Shown: positions 10,194-17,810 of the stretch, piece after piece
How positions within the stretch are numbered: the stretch's first letter is position 1
How the letters are laid out: each line of letters opens with the position of its first letter
Origin: a virus
Taxonomy: Duplodnaviria; Caudoviricetes
Strand: one strand, 5' to 3'
IMG/VR virus record: IMGVR_UViG_3300011678_000001
Location: 160,001-224,000 of that record
DNA length: 64,000 bases
Translations under genes and position numbers: made by a program
The notes under the pieces: model-generated
What the model was told of the DNA's origin: nothing
Seen by the model: the letters and a program-made list of their open reading frames with translations, nothing else
The model's database searches: none

Positions 10194-11957
10194 ATGTCGG
10201 CAGTAAAGAAAGCTCCACTCTTCGACAAGGAAGAGGTGCTCGGACTTGAGTGCAAACACGCCATTTATACCGAAAGCGCCCTGAACCCTGATGACGATCT
10301 CCTGACGGTCAAGGAACTGGTCCATCTGAAGGATGGGCGTAAGATTCCTCGGCTACGGTTCTATAAGAATCGGAAGCGTCCGTTTGGAATAACTAAAGAA
10401 AAGTACCGAAACCACAAAGACAAGAAGGAAGTCGAAGACCTGGACAAGCTGGTGCTGGTGGAGTGCACCCAGAGGGAGCTGCGCAGGTCCATCGTCAAAC
10501 GTTTAGGTTACGGCAACCCCAACGGTCAGCTTCGCATGTTGTGTCGCTCTCCGTTCATCTACGGGGCTGATATCACCCCACCGACATTGATCAAACAGCA
10601 GTACCGCGAGAAGTGGCCTGGGTTGTTCTACTCCAACCAAGTGGCCGTACTCGACACCGAAACCGACATGTGGAACGGCGACGGTAAGGACGTGATCATT
10701 TCCACGGTGACCTTCAAGAAGAAGGCCATCATCACCATTCTGGACACCTGGATTGCAGGGATACCGGATGCGGTGAACACCATCCTCAAGGCCTTGGATC
10801 AAAATCTAGGTCACATCACCAAACCACGTGGCATTGAGTTTGAGATTCAGATTCAAAAGTCGGGTGGGGAGATGATCAAGACGTGCATCGATCGGTGTCA
10901 TGAATGGATGCCTGACTTTGTCAGCTTCTGGAACATGGACTTCGACATGACCGTGATGATTCGGGAACTGGAGCGCAGCGGGTATAACCTCGCCGATGTC
11001 TTCAGTGCGCCTGAAGTGCCACCGGAGTTTCGTTACTTCCGGTATAAGCGCGGTCCTGACCAGAAGGTGAAAGCAGACGGTAAATCTGAGAACCTCGCCT
11101 GGTACGACCGCTGGCACGTGGTGGAGACCCCTTCAAGCCACTTCTGGATTGACTCGGCAGCTGTTTACCGGAACATCCGTCGGGCTAAAGGTAAGGAGCC
11201 CAGCTACTCGCTGGATAACATCCTGAAGAAGAACCTAGGCGCGGACTGGGGTAAGTTGTATTTCCCCATGGGAGACTCCACTGCCTCACCGGGTAGTGTC
11301 GAATGGCACCGTCAGATGCAGAAGGACTACAAAGTCAACTATGTGGTCTACAACGTCTACGACTGCTTGGGGGTCGAACTGCTGGATGAGAAGGTCACGG
11401 ACCTGAACACCCAGATCGGGATTCTCTCGGAGAGTTCGGAGTACAGCATCTTCAACTCCAACCCGAAGCGTAACGTCAACGCGTTCTACTTTGACATGCT
11501 CAAAGAGAACATGATGGCCGGTACGTTATCGGATCAGATGGAGGATGAGCTGGATAAGCTTCTGTTGGGTAAAGACGACTGGATTGTCACCTTGCCGACG
11601 AGCCTCGTGGAGGCGAACGGCGTCTACATGATCAGGGACCTACCATCGGTTCGCAGTTATGTACGGCGCTATACATCGGACGCGGACATCGGGTCGACCT
11701 ATCCAAACGGCGAGATCATCCTCAACCTCTCGAAGATGACCACCATGTACGAGGTGGGTCGGATTGCAGGCGTCACAGCCAGCAAGCAACGGCTGGTCGG
11801 GGTCAACCTCACAGGTGGGCCGGTGAACTCCATTGAGATCATGACCGAGGTGATGAAAGCACCCGATCCATTCCAACTGCTGGAAGCGTTCGAGGCGGAG
11901 TTGGCTGCAGAGGAAACCCCGGTGCAGAAAACACTTCGGTTGAGTTCGGTAGTCTGA
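10194..11957 (+). CDS. split family-B DNA polymerase, 3'-5' exonuclease plus motif A subunit
   Basis: ExoI LDTETD, ExoII FWNMDFD, ExoIII YNVYD, PolB motif A DIGSTYPN. Confidence 0.8.
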   Translation: MSAVKKAPLFDKEEVLGLECKHAIYTESALNPDDDLLTVKELVHLKDGRKIPRLRFYKNRKRPFGITKEKYRNHKDKKEVEDLDKLVLVECTQRELRRSIVKRLGYGNPNGQLRMLCRSPFIYGADITPPTLIKQQYREKWPGLFYSNQVAVLDTETDMWNGDGKDVIISTVTFKKKAIITILDTWIAGIPDAVNTILKALDQNLGHITKPRGIEFEIQIQKSGGEMIKTCIDRCHEWMPDFVSFWNMDFDMTVMIRELERSGYNLADVFSAPEVPPEFRYFRYKRGPDQKVKADGKSENLAWYDRWHVVETPSSHFWIDSAAVYRNIRRAKGKEPSYSLDNILKKNLGADWGKLYFPMGDSTASPGSVEWHRQMQKDYKVNYVVYNVYDCLGVELLDEKVTDLNTQIGILSESSEYSIFNSNPKRNVNAFYFDMLKENMMAGTLSDQMEDELDKLLLGKDDWIVTLPTSLVEANGVYMIRDLPSVRSYVRRYTSDADIGSTYPNGEIILNLSKMTTMYEVGRIAGVTASKQRLVGVNLTGGPVNSIEIMTEVMKAPDPFQLLEAFEAELAAEETPVQKTLRLSSVV

Positions 11958-11984
11958 CTGGCAACAAAGAAAAAAAGAAAGATA

Positions 11985-12026
11985 CATACATCCCTCCTGA
12001 TCCGTTAAGATCAGGAGGGATGTATG
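11985..12026. terminator. 18-bp perfect inverted repeat, probable terminator between convergent genes
   Basis: CATACATCCCTCCTGATC-CGTTAA-GATCAGGAGGGATGTATG with an A-tract on the left. Confidence 0.75.
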
Positions 12027-12031
12027 TCGAG

Positions 12032-12658
12032 TCACCAACGAAAAGCCGCAGGTAGGGCTTCAAACGAGATGTTATCAAGCGGGTCACCGGGTTTAAGCTT
12101 ACCCTCGGCAATCAGCTTATGGTACTTGTGACGCAGGAGATCACGTTCACTGTCCATGATCATGCGAAAGAGAAACCCTCGTCCTCCAGCATACTTACCG
12201 GCTATGAGGTCGTTCCGATAGGCTGTAAATTGAGCCTCAGTCATGACCGTGGCGACCTGTTCGAGGACAGCTGCGGTGATCGTGATCTCTTCTGTTTCCT
12301 CCGGAACGACGTCTTTGTTGTAAGTGTATTCTTCGATGTCAGGACTGGACCCATATCCCACCGCCAACCGAGGCAACACGGCCCGATAGACGTAGGTCTT
12401 CTGCCCACGGGCGAGTTTCTTCAGTTCGGTCATGGCGGTTGTTACAACGGCAAAGCCGCCCGATGGAATGTGGTACATCGTCTTAATGCTGGTATTGCGA
12501 CGACACCATTGATACACCGCCCACTTAAATGCGTTGTCTCGACTGCCCCAAAAGAAGATAGCCCATTCAGGTTTAGCCCACCGATGCCCCATGTTGATCC
12601 CAACGGGTTTGAGCACGGACAGTTTCTTATCTGACCCATGGTAGTAGGTTTTATACAC
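12032..12658 (-). CDS. putative ADP-ribosyltransferase-fold protein
   Basis: N-terminal YYHGS, IFF..S...A..WA, YVY and late EEY pattern, as in small H-Y-E ART-like phage proteins. Confidence 0.4.
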   Translation of the reverse strand: MYKTYYHGSDKKLSVLKPVGINMGHRWAKPEWAIFFWGSRDNAFKWAVYQWCRRNTSIKTMYHIPSGGFAVVTTAMTELKKLARGQKTYVYRAVLPRLAVGYGSSPDIEEYTYNKDVVPEETEEITITAAVLEQVATVMTEAQFTAYRNDLIAGKYAGGRGFLFRMIMDSERDLLRHKYHKLIAEGKLKPGDPLDNISFEALPAAFRW

Positions 12659-12703
12659 AGCTGTAACTCCTCATGAATACATACCATGTCCTGCAAAAAT
12701 AAA

Positions 12704-12723
12704 AGGAGGGCCGAAGCCCTCCT
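12704..12723 (-). terminator. intrinsic terminator with UUCG loop
   Basis: Minus strand AGGAGGGC-TTCG-GCCCTCCT followed by a T-tract. Confidence 0.85.
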
Positions 12724-12732
12724 GATGTCGCG

Positions 12733-13125
12733 TTACACCCCAATCAAGCGGTGTGTCTCGATCTCTTCATCCGTCAGGATGTAGAAGGATTCGAGCGGTC
12801 TCGCCTCCCCGAGTAGCTCGCCGTCCTTGAAGGTCGCCAAGATACGCGCCATGGCATGGACACGCACCTCATGGAACTGACTCAGGACCTTGGCCACCTG
12901 CACCACCTCTTCTTGCGTCTCAGCAAAGAAGTTCGGCTGGTTACCCACTTGCAGCTCAATGCGCAGTGGATGGTACAGGGTCTCGGTCGACTCCATCGTG
13001 AACTCCTTGCCTTTAAAGCAAGGAAGTTCAAAGCGCCAGTCCTCAGCGACTACCGCGACACCGTCGATGACAGCCTTGACCAGTGGCCCGTAGTTGACAT
13101 TGTCAATGATCACATTCTTACGCAT
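12733..13125 (-). CDS. hypothetical protein
   Basis: AAGGAG RBS before ATG at 13125 (MRKNVII). Confidence 0.7.
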   Translation of the reverse strand: MRKNVIIDNVNYGPLVKAVIDGVAVVAEDWRFELPCFKGKEFTMESTETLYHPLRIELQVGNQPNFFAETQEEVVQVAKVLSQFHEVRVHAMARILATFKDGELLGEARPLESFYILTDEEIETHRLIGV

Positions 13126-13159
13126 GGTGTTCTCCTTAAGAACGGGGTATTGGAATTGA

Positions 13160-13588
13160 TTACTTGTTGTCGTCTGTGTCAAAGTCTTCGTCGACGGTCA
13201 GGTCTTCTTCCTCTGGCCAAGAACCGTCATCATCCTCATCATCCGGATAGCTGGCAAGTTCTTCATCCAGCAGCTTGTCCTCCTTCTGACTGCAGGTCGG
13301 ACAGACATCGTAGACCGGCCCATTGGACCCTTCATCAATGTCTCGCCGAGACCGGAGATCGTCACTCTCCTCACCACACCAGTCGCACGGACCAGACGCT
13401 CGCATATTGCGAATCGCATCCGCGCGTTCATTGATGTGTTCAACGCAGTAGAATTCCCACTCCACCCCCATCGAGTCCACTTCACCAGCGACTTTGCCAG
13501 TGGCTTTCTCGTTGCAGTCTTCGTGTTCGCAGAAGTTCTCGTTTTCATGGCCATACAGGGAACGCTCGGCACCAGGTAGAACGGACAT
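13160..13588 (-). CDS. small Zn-binding acidic protein
   Basis: CxxxxC, CxxH and two CxxC motifs; D/E-rich tail; AAGGAG RBS. Confidence 0.7.
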   Translation of the reverse strand: MSVLPGAERSLYGHENENFCEHEDCNEKATGKVAGEVDSMGVEWEFYCVEHINERADAIRNMRASGPCDWCGEESDDLRSRRDIDEGSNGPVYDVCPTCSQKEDKLLDEELASYPDDEDDDGSWPEEEDLTVDEDFDTDDNK

Positions 13589-13628
13589 GGTAGACTCCTT
13601 AAGTCTTGGTTATGGGTATGACACCGCT

Positions 13629-13657
13629 ATCATGTATCGTTATAAAAAGTTTCAATC
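13629..13657 (-). promoter_or_regulatory. putative early (vRNAP) promoter
   Basis: TTGAAA...TACATGAT, member of the 8-copy motif family. Confidence 0.6.
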
Positions 13658-13671
13658 AAACAAAAAAGAAA

Positions 13672-13689
13672 GGGAGGCCGAAGCCTCCC
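13672..13689 (-). terminator. intrinsic terminator with UUCG loop
   Basis: GGGAGGC-TTCG-GCCTCCC followed by a T-rich tract. Confidence 0.85.
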
Positions 13690-13700
13690 CTTATGCCGCG

Positions 13701-13850
13701 TTACTTACTGCTCGAATCCATGCGCTGCTGGAATCGAAGGTTGCGTTTGAACAGGTTCTTCTTGAACCGTGAAGAGTTGTTATAAAGGTTCCGGTTGCGT
13801 TTCGTGGAGCCACCACCCAGGGCTATGTCATCCGGGTCCCAGGTAAACAT
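13701..13850 (-). CDS. small basic protein (49 aa)
   Basis: Hand translation MFTWDPDDIALGGGSTKRNRNLYNNSSRFKKNLFKRNLRFQQRMDSSSK; fills the gap before the terminator. Confidence 0.45.
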   Translation of the reverse strand: MFTWDPDDIALGGGSTKRNRNLYNNSSRFKKNLFKRNLRFQQRMDSSSK

Positions 13851-13864
13851 GCCCGCCGGAAGCT

Positions 13865-14308
13865 TCACAGGTCCACCAGATGATCGAGCAGCGCCGTCAG
13901 CGCCTTGAACGTCTGGCGTTCTTCCAGCGGTGTGCCGTCGCGGCCGTTGGCACTGGACAGGATCGTCTGCATGAAGACCACGGGGATAAAACCATGCTCC
14001 AAGGCCTTAACGAGCGCGTCCTTGACCGGCTGGGTCAGTTCCGGTAGCTCAGGGTCTGCCACGTGCAAACTGTCGATCAGCAGCTCGTTACCGGGCACGC
14101 CTGCAAGTTGCTGCAGGAAGCTGTTGCCGATGTGGAACGCGTACCACTGCTGGTAACCGCCGGTCATGAGGGTGATTGGAATGGCCGTGCCTTTAGGCGA
14201 TTCCACCGAGCCTGCAAAGATACGGTTCTCATAATGCATGAATTGGCTGGGATCACCCATCACTACGTTCATGAATTCGATGAGGTTGTCTTCACTCTTG
14301 AAATGCAT
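13865..14308 (-). CDS. hypothetical protein
   Basis: 147 aa, operonic packing. Confidence 0.7.
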   Translation of the reverse strand: MHFKSEDNLIEFMNVVMGDPSQFMHYENRIFAGSVESPKGTAIPITLMTGGYQQWYAFHIGNSFLQQLAGVPGNELLIDSLHVADPELPELTQPVKDALVKALEHGFIPVVFMQTILSSANGRDGTPLEERQTFKALTALLDHLVDL

Positions 14309-14317
14309 ACCGAATCC

Positions 14318-14554
14318 TTATTCGATGATGGTAAGGTTGTCGAGCGACATCACGTTGGGCAGGCTGGTGTCGGCCTCAAGCCCTGTGAGGAAGAAGACCG
14401 GCTCTTGGGTGCCATGGGCCACAAAGACCGCGATCATGCCTTCATGACCTGGGTCTTCATTGCGCTCTACCACTTCGGTGATGAAGTCTGGGATGTTGGC
14501 AAAGCTGACTTTAGCGCCGACTTGTAACTTGGCAAGTTTCTCTTCGGGGGTCAT
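14318..14554 (-). CDS. hypothetical protein
   Basis: 78 aa, AAGGAG RBS. Confidence 0.7.
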   Translation of the reverse strand: MTPEEKLAKLQVGAKVSFANIPDFITEVVERNEDPGHEGMIAVFVAHGTQEPVFFLTGLEADTSLPNVMSLDNLTIIE

Positions 14555-14565
14555 GGGACTGCTCC

Positions 14566-14976
14566 TTACTTGTAATCTTGGAAGGCTTCGATCAGGTCCT
14601 GCATGCTGAATTTCTTCTGCATGCCAATGATCGGGATGGAAATCAGCTGGCTGTTGCTCCCGTAAGACTTGGTGTACTTGATGCGGGTCTCACGCTTGAA
14701 CTTCCACTCGCCCTTGGACAGCTCGATCTGACCCCAGTACATATTCTTGCTGTAGAGGTCCTTGTTGCAGAGTATCGACGACGGGGAGTCTGCCAGCGGC
14801 TTAGCCGACACGAGGGTCAGTCTTATCAGGGTCGGGGTAACGATCTCCACGGTGTACATGCAGCGGTCGGCCACTTTAAACAGGCCATCGTGTGCAGTCA
14901 CGAGGTTATTGACAGCCTGGTTGATGGTGTTGAGGATCTTCTTGCGAATGGCTTTGCGTTCTGGGCGAGTGCTCAT
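14566..14976 (-). CDS. hypothetical protein
   Basis: 136 aa, basic, AGGA RBS. Confidence 0.7.
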   Translation of the reverse strand: MSTRPERKAIRKKILNTINQAVNNLVTAHDGLFKVADRCMYTVEIVTPTLIRLTLVSAKPLADSPSSILCNKDLYSKNMYWGQIELSKGEWKFKRETRIKYTKSYGSNSQLISIPIIGMQKKFSMQDLIEAFQDYK

Positions 14977-15049
14977 GGTGACTTCCTTCTAGGGGTGAGG
15001 CGGCATATGAGGTAGGCGAACCTACCTCTTAGCCAATGGGTGTTAGGTG

Positions 15050-15445
15050 TTACGCAATCATGGTCGACAGTTCGCTCACGGAGGCGGGACTGGTCAACAC
15101 AACGTGCTCAAGCACGTCAAACCGCTCGTTCTTCAACAAGCAGGCGATCATCTGGGCGGACTTGAGGTCACAGGGGCGTTTCGGCTCCAGGTCCCAACCA
15201 AACTTACTGATGATCTTTTCAATGATCGGGTTGTTCGCCAGGTCAATGCTGGTGATTTCCAGCGACATGACCAGTTGTTCGACCCCATCACTGTCTTCGT
15301 CCATTTCAGCAGTCTTAAGCTTGACTGCCCCAAGTTCTAATACGGCGCTGAACGAATTACCGATGCACATGAACTTACGCAGAAGCTCATTGCTTTCAGC
15401 ATGTTCGTTGCTCAGAACTGGGTGGAGAAGGAAATACTGCTGCAT
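15050..15445 (-). CDS. hypothetical protein
   Basis: 131 aa, AAGGGG RBS. Confidence 0.65.
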   Translation of the reverse strand: MQQYFLLHPVLSNEHAESNELLRKFMCIGNSFSAVLELGAVKLKTAEMDEDSDGVEQLVMSLEITSIDLANNPIIEKIISKFGWDLEPKRPCDLKSAQMIACLLKNERFDVLEHVVLTSPASVSELSTMIA

Positions 15446-15454
15446 GTCTTAAAG

Positions 15455-15886
15455 CCCCTTATACTGCGTTCCGTGAAGTGTGATCGTTACCGATCCCTAG
15501 TGTTAGCAAGGCATTGTTGTTATCGCATACTGTAGTCGTACGCTGTCTTTTATAACTCCCGCGCATACACGCCCGCTGCCTACAAAAGAGACAGCGGGCG
15601 TACAGAGGCGGTCCGGTAACTGTTCTACCGTAGTCACATGCCGCGTCTGACCCGGAAGCCAGTCGTACGACAGCCCATCTGGGGACACCAGCGCTACGCA
15701 GAGGATGGGCCTCTCTACGGCGGTTGACTGAGCGTGCACTCTCAGCCGTGTGTTTAGATTCCATAGGCCGGTGAAGGGCTAATAAATTAGTCCTACCCTT
15801 ACTTGTCAGACAGAGGTTTCTCAGGCCGCACGTCTGCTTTCTCTTCTTGGGCCTCGCCGTCTGAGTAACGGCTCCCGGAAAACTGA
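15455..15886 (-). ncRNA. putative structured non-coding RNA(s)
   Basis: Dense nested helices (GCCGT/ACGGC, GGCTGAG/CTCAGTC, GCCCATC/GATGGGC, TACGCCCGCTG/CAGCGGGCGTG, GATCG-GTAA-CGATC GNRA loop); no credible ORF. Confidence 0.55.
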
Positions 15887-15888
15887 TT

Positions 15889-16000
15889 TCTCGATGGCGG
15901 GACTTGAACCCACAACCTCCGCAACAGCACTCCGCCAGCATACCCGAGCTTCGCGGGGCACAACGGACCATACGGTGTTCTAACTTAGAACTACATCGAG
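15889..16000 (-). ncRNA. tRNA-like RNA with the anticodon loop replaced by a 47-nt extended hairpin
   Basis: Acceptor CTCGATG/CATCGAG, TA, D arm GTTC-TAAGTTA-GAAC, stem CCGTA/TGCGG, variable AGGTT, T arm GTGGG-TTCAAGT-CCCGC; no CCA. Confidence 0.75.
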
Positions 16001-16007
16001 AAAGGGG

Positions 16008-16415
16008 TTACATTGGATGACTGTTTGCCCAGTCCGTGAGGAAGGCATCGGTCGCCCAATCAAAATGAGCCAGGGACTTGAACATCCCGTGTTGCCTGAG
16101 CGTCTTGTGAAAGGCGTCAAGCTTGGGGCGATCCCCGGCAGCTGCCATCCGTTCAAAGATGACGTCACGTTGCATGTCAGTCAGACGTACATCGTAACTG
16201 CTGCAGAACATCTGTGGAACCGGAATGCCCTTCTCCGCGCAGATGCGCTCAAGATCAGCCTGCGCCTTACGGAAGTCCTCGACCAGCTGCAAGGTGCGCT
16301 GGCGACTGGCTTCACTGGGCCTGGGCTTGGGCAGGTCACTCAATCGAACGGATGGGATCATCTCAGGCCTCCAAGGGCGCCAGAGCGCGCGCTTCTTCTT
16401 CAGTGGCCCGTTCAC
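16008..16415 (-). CDS. hypothetical protein
   Basis: 135 aa ORF; start uncertain. Confidence 0.6.
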   Translation of the reverse strand: MNGPLKKKRALWRPWRPEMIPSVRLSDLPKPRPSEASRQRTLQLVEDFRKAQADLERICAEKGIPVPQMFCSSYDVRLTDMQRDVIFERMAAAGDRPKLDAFHKTLRQHGMFKSLAHFDWATDAFLTDWANSHPM

Positions 16416-16584
16416 ACAGACCGATGCGTTTATGCGTCAAAGCCATGGTGAGGACAAACTGAAACCCGCCGAGGATCAAGCCTGCGGTCAGGGAGAAGAG
16501 CGCACCAATTGCGAAGCTGAGCAGTACTGCAAAGACTACGAAGGTAGTGCGTAACACGATGAATTCCATGGCATCGCGAGACAT
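16363..16584 (-). CDS. small membrane protein
   Basis: Two hydrophobic helices. Confidence 0.55.
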   Translation of the reverse strand: MSRDAMEFIVLRTTFVVFAVLLSFAIGALFSLTAGLILGGFQFVLTMALTHKRIGLCERATEEEARALAPLEA

Positions 16585-16589
16585 CTTAC

Positions 16590-17015
16590 TTAATCCACCA
16601 TTTCCAAACGTTCATTGAGGAGCTCGATCAATGCTTCAGTGTGCTTTCGCTGACGCATCGTGATCGAGTAACGGGGGTGTAGCGGTTGCATCTGGTTCAG
16701 CTCGGCAAACAAGGACGCAAGTTTGCTCTCCAGCTGAGCGCGCTCGGCCAGCAGCTTCAACGCCCAATCGGGTGTGTCCGGCTGATCGCCCAACGGCAGG
16801 TTGGTCTTCTTAAACACCTCTGCAGGGCACCAGCTGATGTAACCGTCGTGGGCATGGTGATTGCTCTCACCGCCGTCGAGGTACTCTACCAGGAAGCCCG
16901 GTTCTTCCAACACTTCACCTGCCAATCGCGGCTGCCCGAGGTAGAGGTTATACTCTTCACGGGTCATCGGTCTGGCCTTGACAATTTTAACGCCTACGTA
17001 GTGCTGGAATTGCAT
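16590..17015 (-). CDS. phage protein with YVGVK...GYISWCP domain (often fused to DUF2829) plus C-terminal coiled coil
   Basis: YVGVKIVKARPMT...GFLVEYLDG...GYISWCPAEVF signature; AAGGA RBS. Confidence 0.6.
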   Translation of the reverse strand: MQFQHYVGVKIVKARPMTREEYNLYLGQPRLAGEVLEEPGFLVEYLDGGESNHHAHDGYISWCPAEVFKKTNLPLGDQPDTPDWALKLLAERAQLESKLASLFAELNQMQPLHPRYSITMRQRKHTEALIELLNERLEMVD

Positions 17016-17042
17016 CGATGGTTTCCTTGGTTACGAATAGGC

Positions 17043-17788
17043 GGGGAGGCCCTGTGGCAGCCCTGTCAGATGCACCGACGGGAAGATGCGACAGGGAACG
17101 GGTTAGATGGACCCTCTACCGGGCCTCCCCTGTTCTGGACGTTGTGGGCGGGAACCGAAACCCGCTCTTCTGCGAAAGAGTCTTCACCGGCATGCGACCG
17201 GCTAGCTTAGGTGCATTGCCCTTGCCTTCTTTAACAGCGTTCATGCGTAAACTACCACAACGAACTGGGTTGGAAACCCTGCAACCACACCAACGGCTGC
17301 GATCTCGCTGCCCACCTATTAGGCTGCACGTAGCTGCCCAGGGACTGGTCGTTGGCTGCAAGGTTTCCAATTGGGAGGAGGGACTGTGCGTCAAGCGGAC
17401 TTGGGGAGGAGTCGTCCCTTCCACGCTGGCTGCTGAAGACCATTGTGAAAACCACTCTTTACACGCAGTCCCTCCAAAGGGATGGAGGGGTTGAGACGCA
17501 GGTGATGGCACCTGGGGGAGGGTTCCATGCCGAGCTGCTGAAGGCTCTGCAAACCACCACCCTAACCTCAACCCCTCCAAAAGGACGGGAGAGCTGCCTG
17601 ACTGGCCGAAGGGGACCAATCCAGCACCAGCCACCGGAAAGCCGTGAAGAAAACCGGGTGGCAACTCTCCCTAAACTGTTTAAGCCAATCGTCAGAACGG
17701 CGGTCACCTCTTCAGCGTACATATCCTGCACACTGCTGACGATCGGAGTGCTTCGAGAGCACCCAATGGTAGGGTGCTCTGTCGCATA
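17043..17788 (-). ncRNA. tandem array of about 7 stem-closed structured RNA units
   Basis: Units 17043-17130, 17140-17262, 17270-17370, 17377-17475, 17483-17579, 17587-17671 and 17685-17746, each closed by its own 8-18 bp stem; G.U pairs favour the minus strand. Confidence 0.7.
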
Positions 17789-17810
17789 GATTACACCTTG
17801 GTGTAATTAT

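Noticed and set aside
15459-15971. 170-aa minus-strand ORF
   Set aside because: Starts inside the tRNA-like element; Arg/Cys-rich composition unlike neighbouring genes.
15889-16000. Canonical tRNA or tmRNA call
   Set aside because: No 7-nt anticodon loop, no CCA, no G3.U70 pair and no tag reading frame.
17116-17664. 182-aa and other ORFs across the RNA array
   Set aside because: No RBS, atypical Pro/Ser/Gly-rich composition; nested stems explain the sequence better.
17043-17780. CRISPR array or RsmA/CsrA sponge interpretation
   Set aside because: No direct repeats; GGA motifs are mostly on the plus strand and within stems, whereas G.U pairs favour the minus strand.
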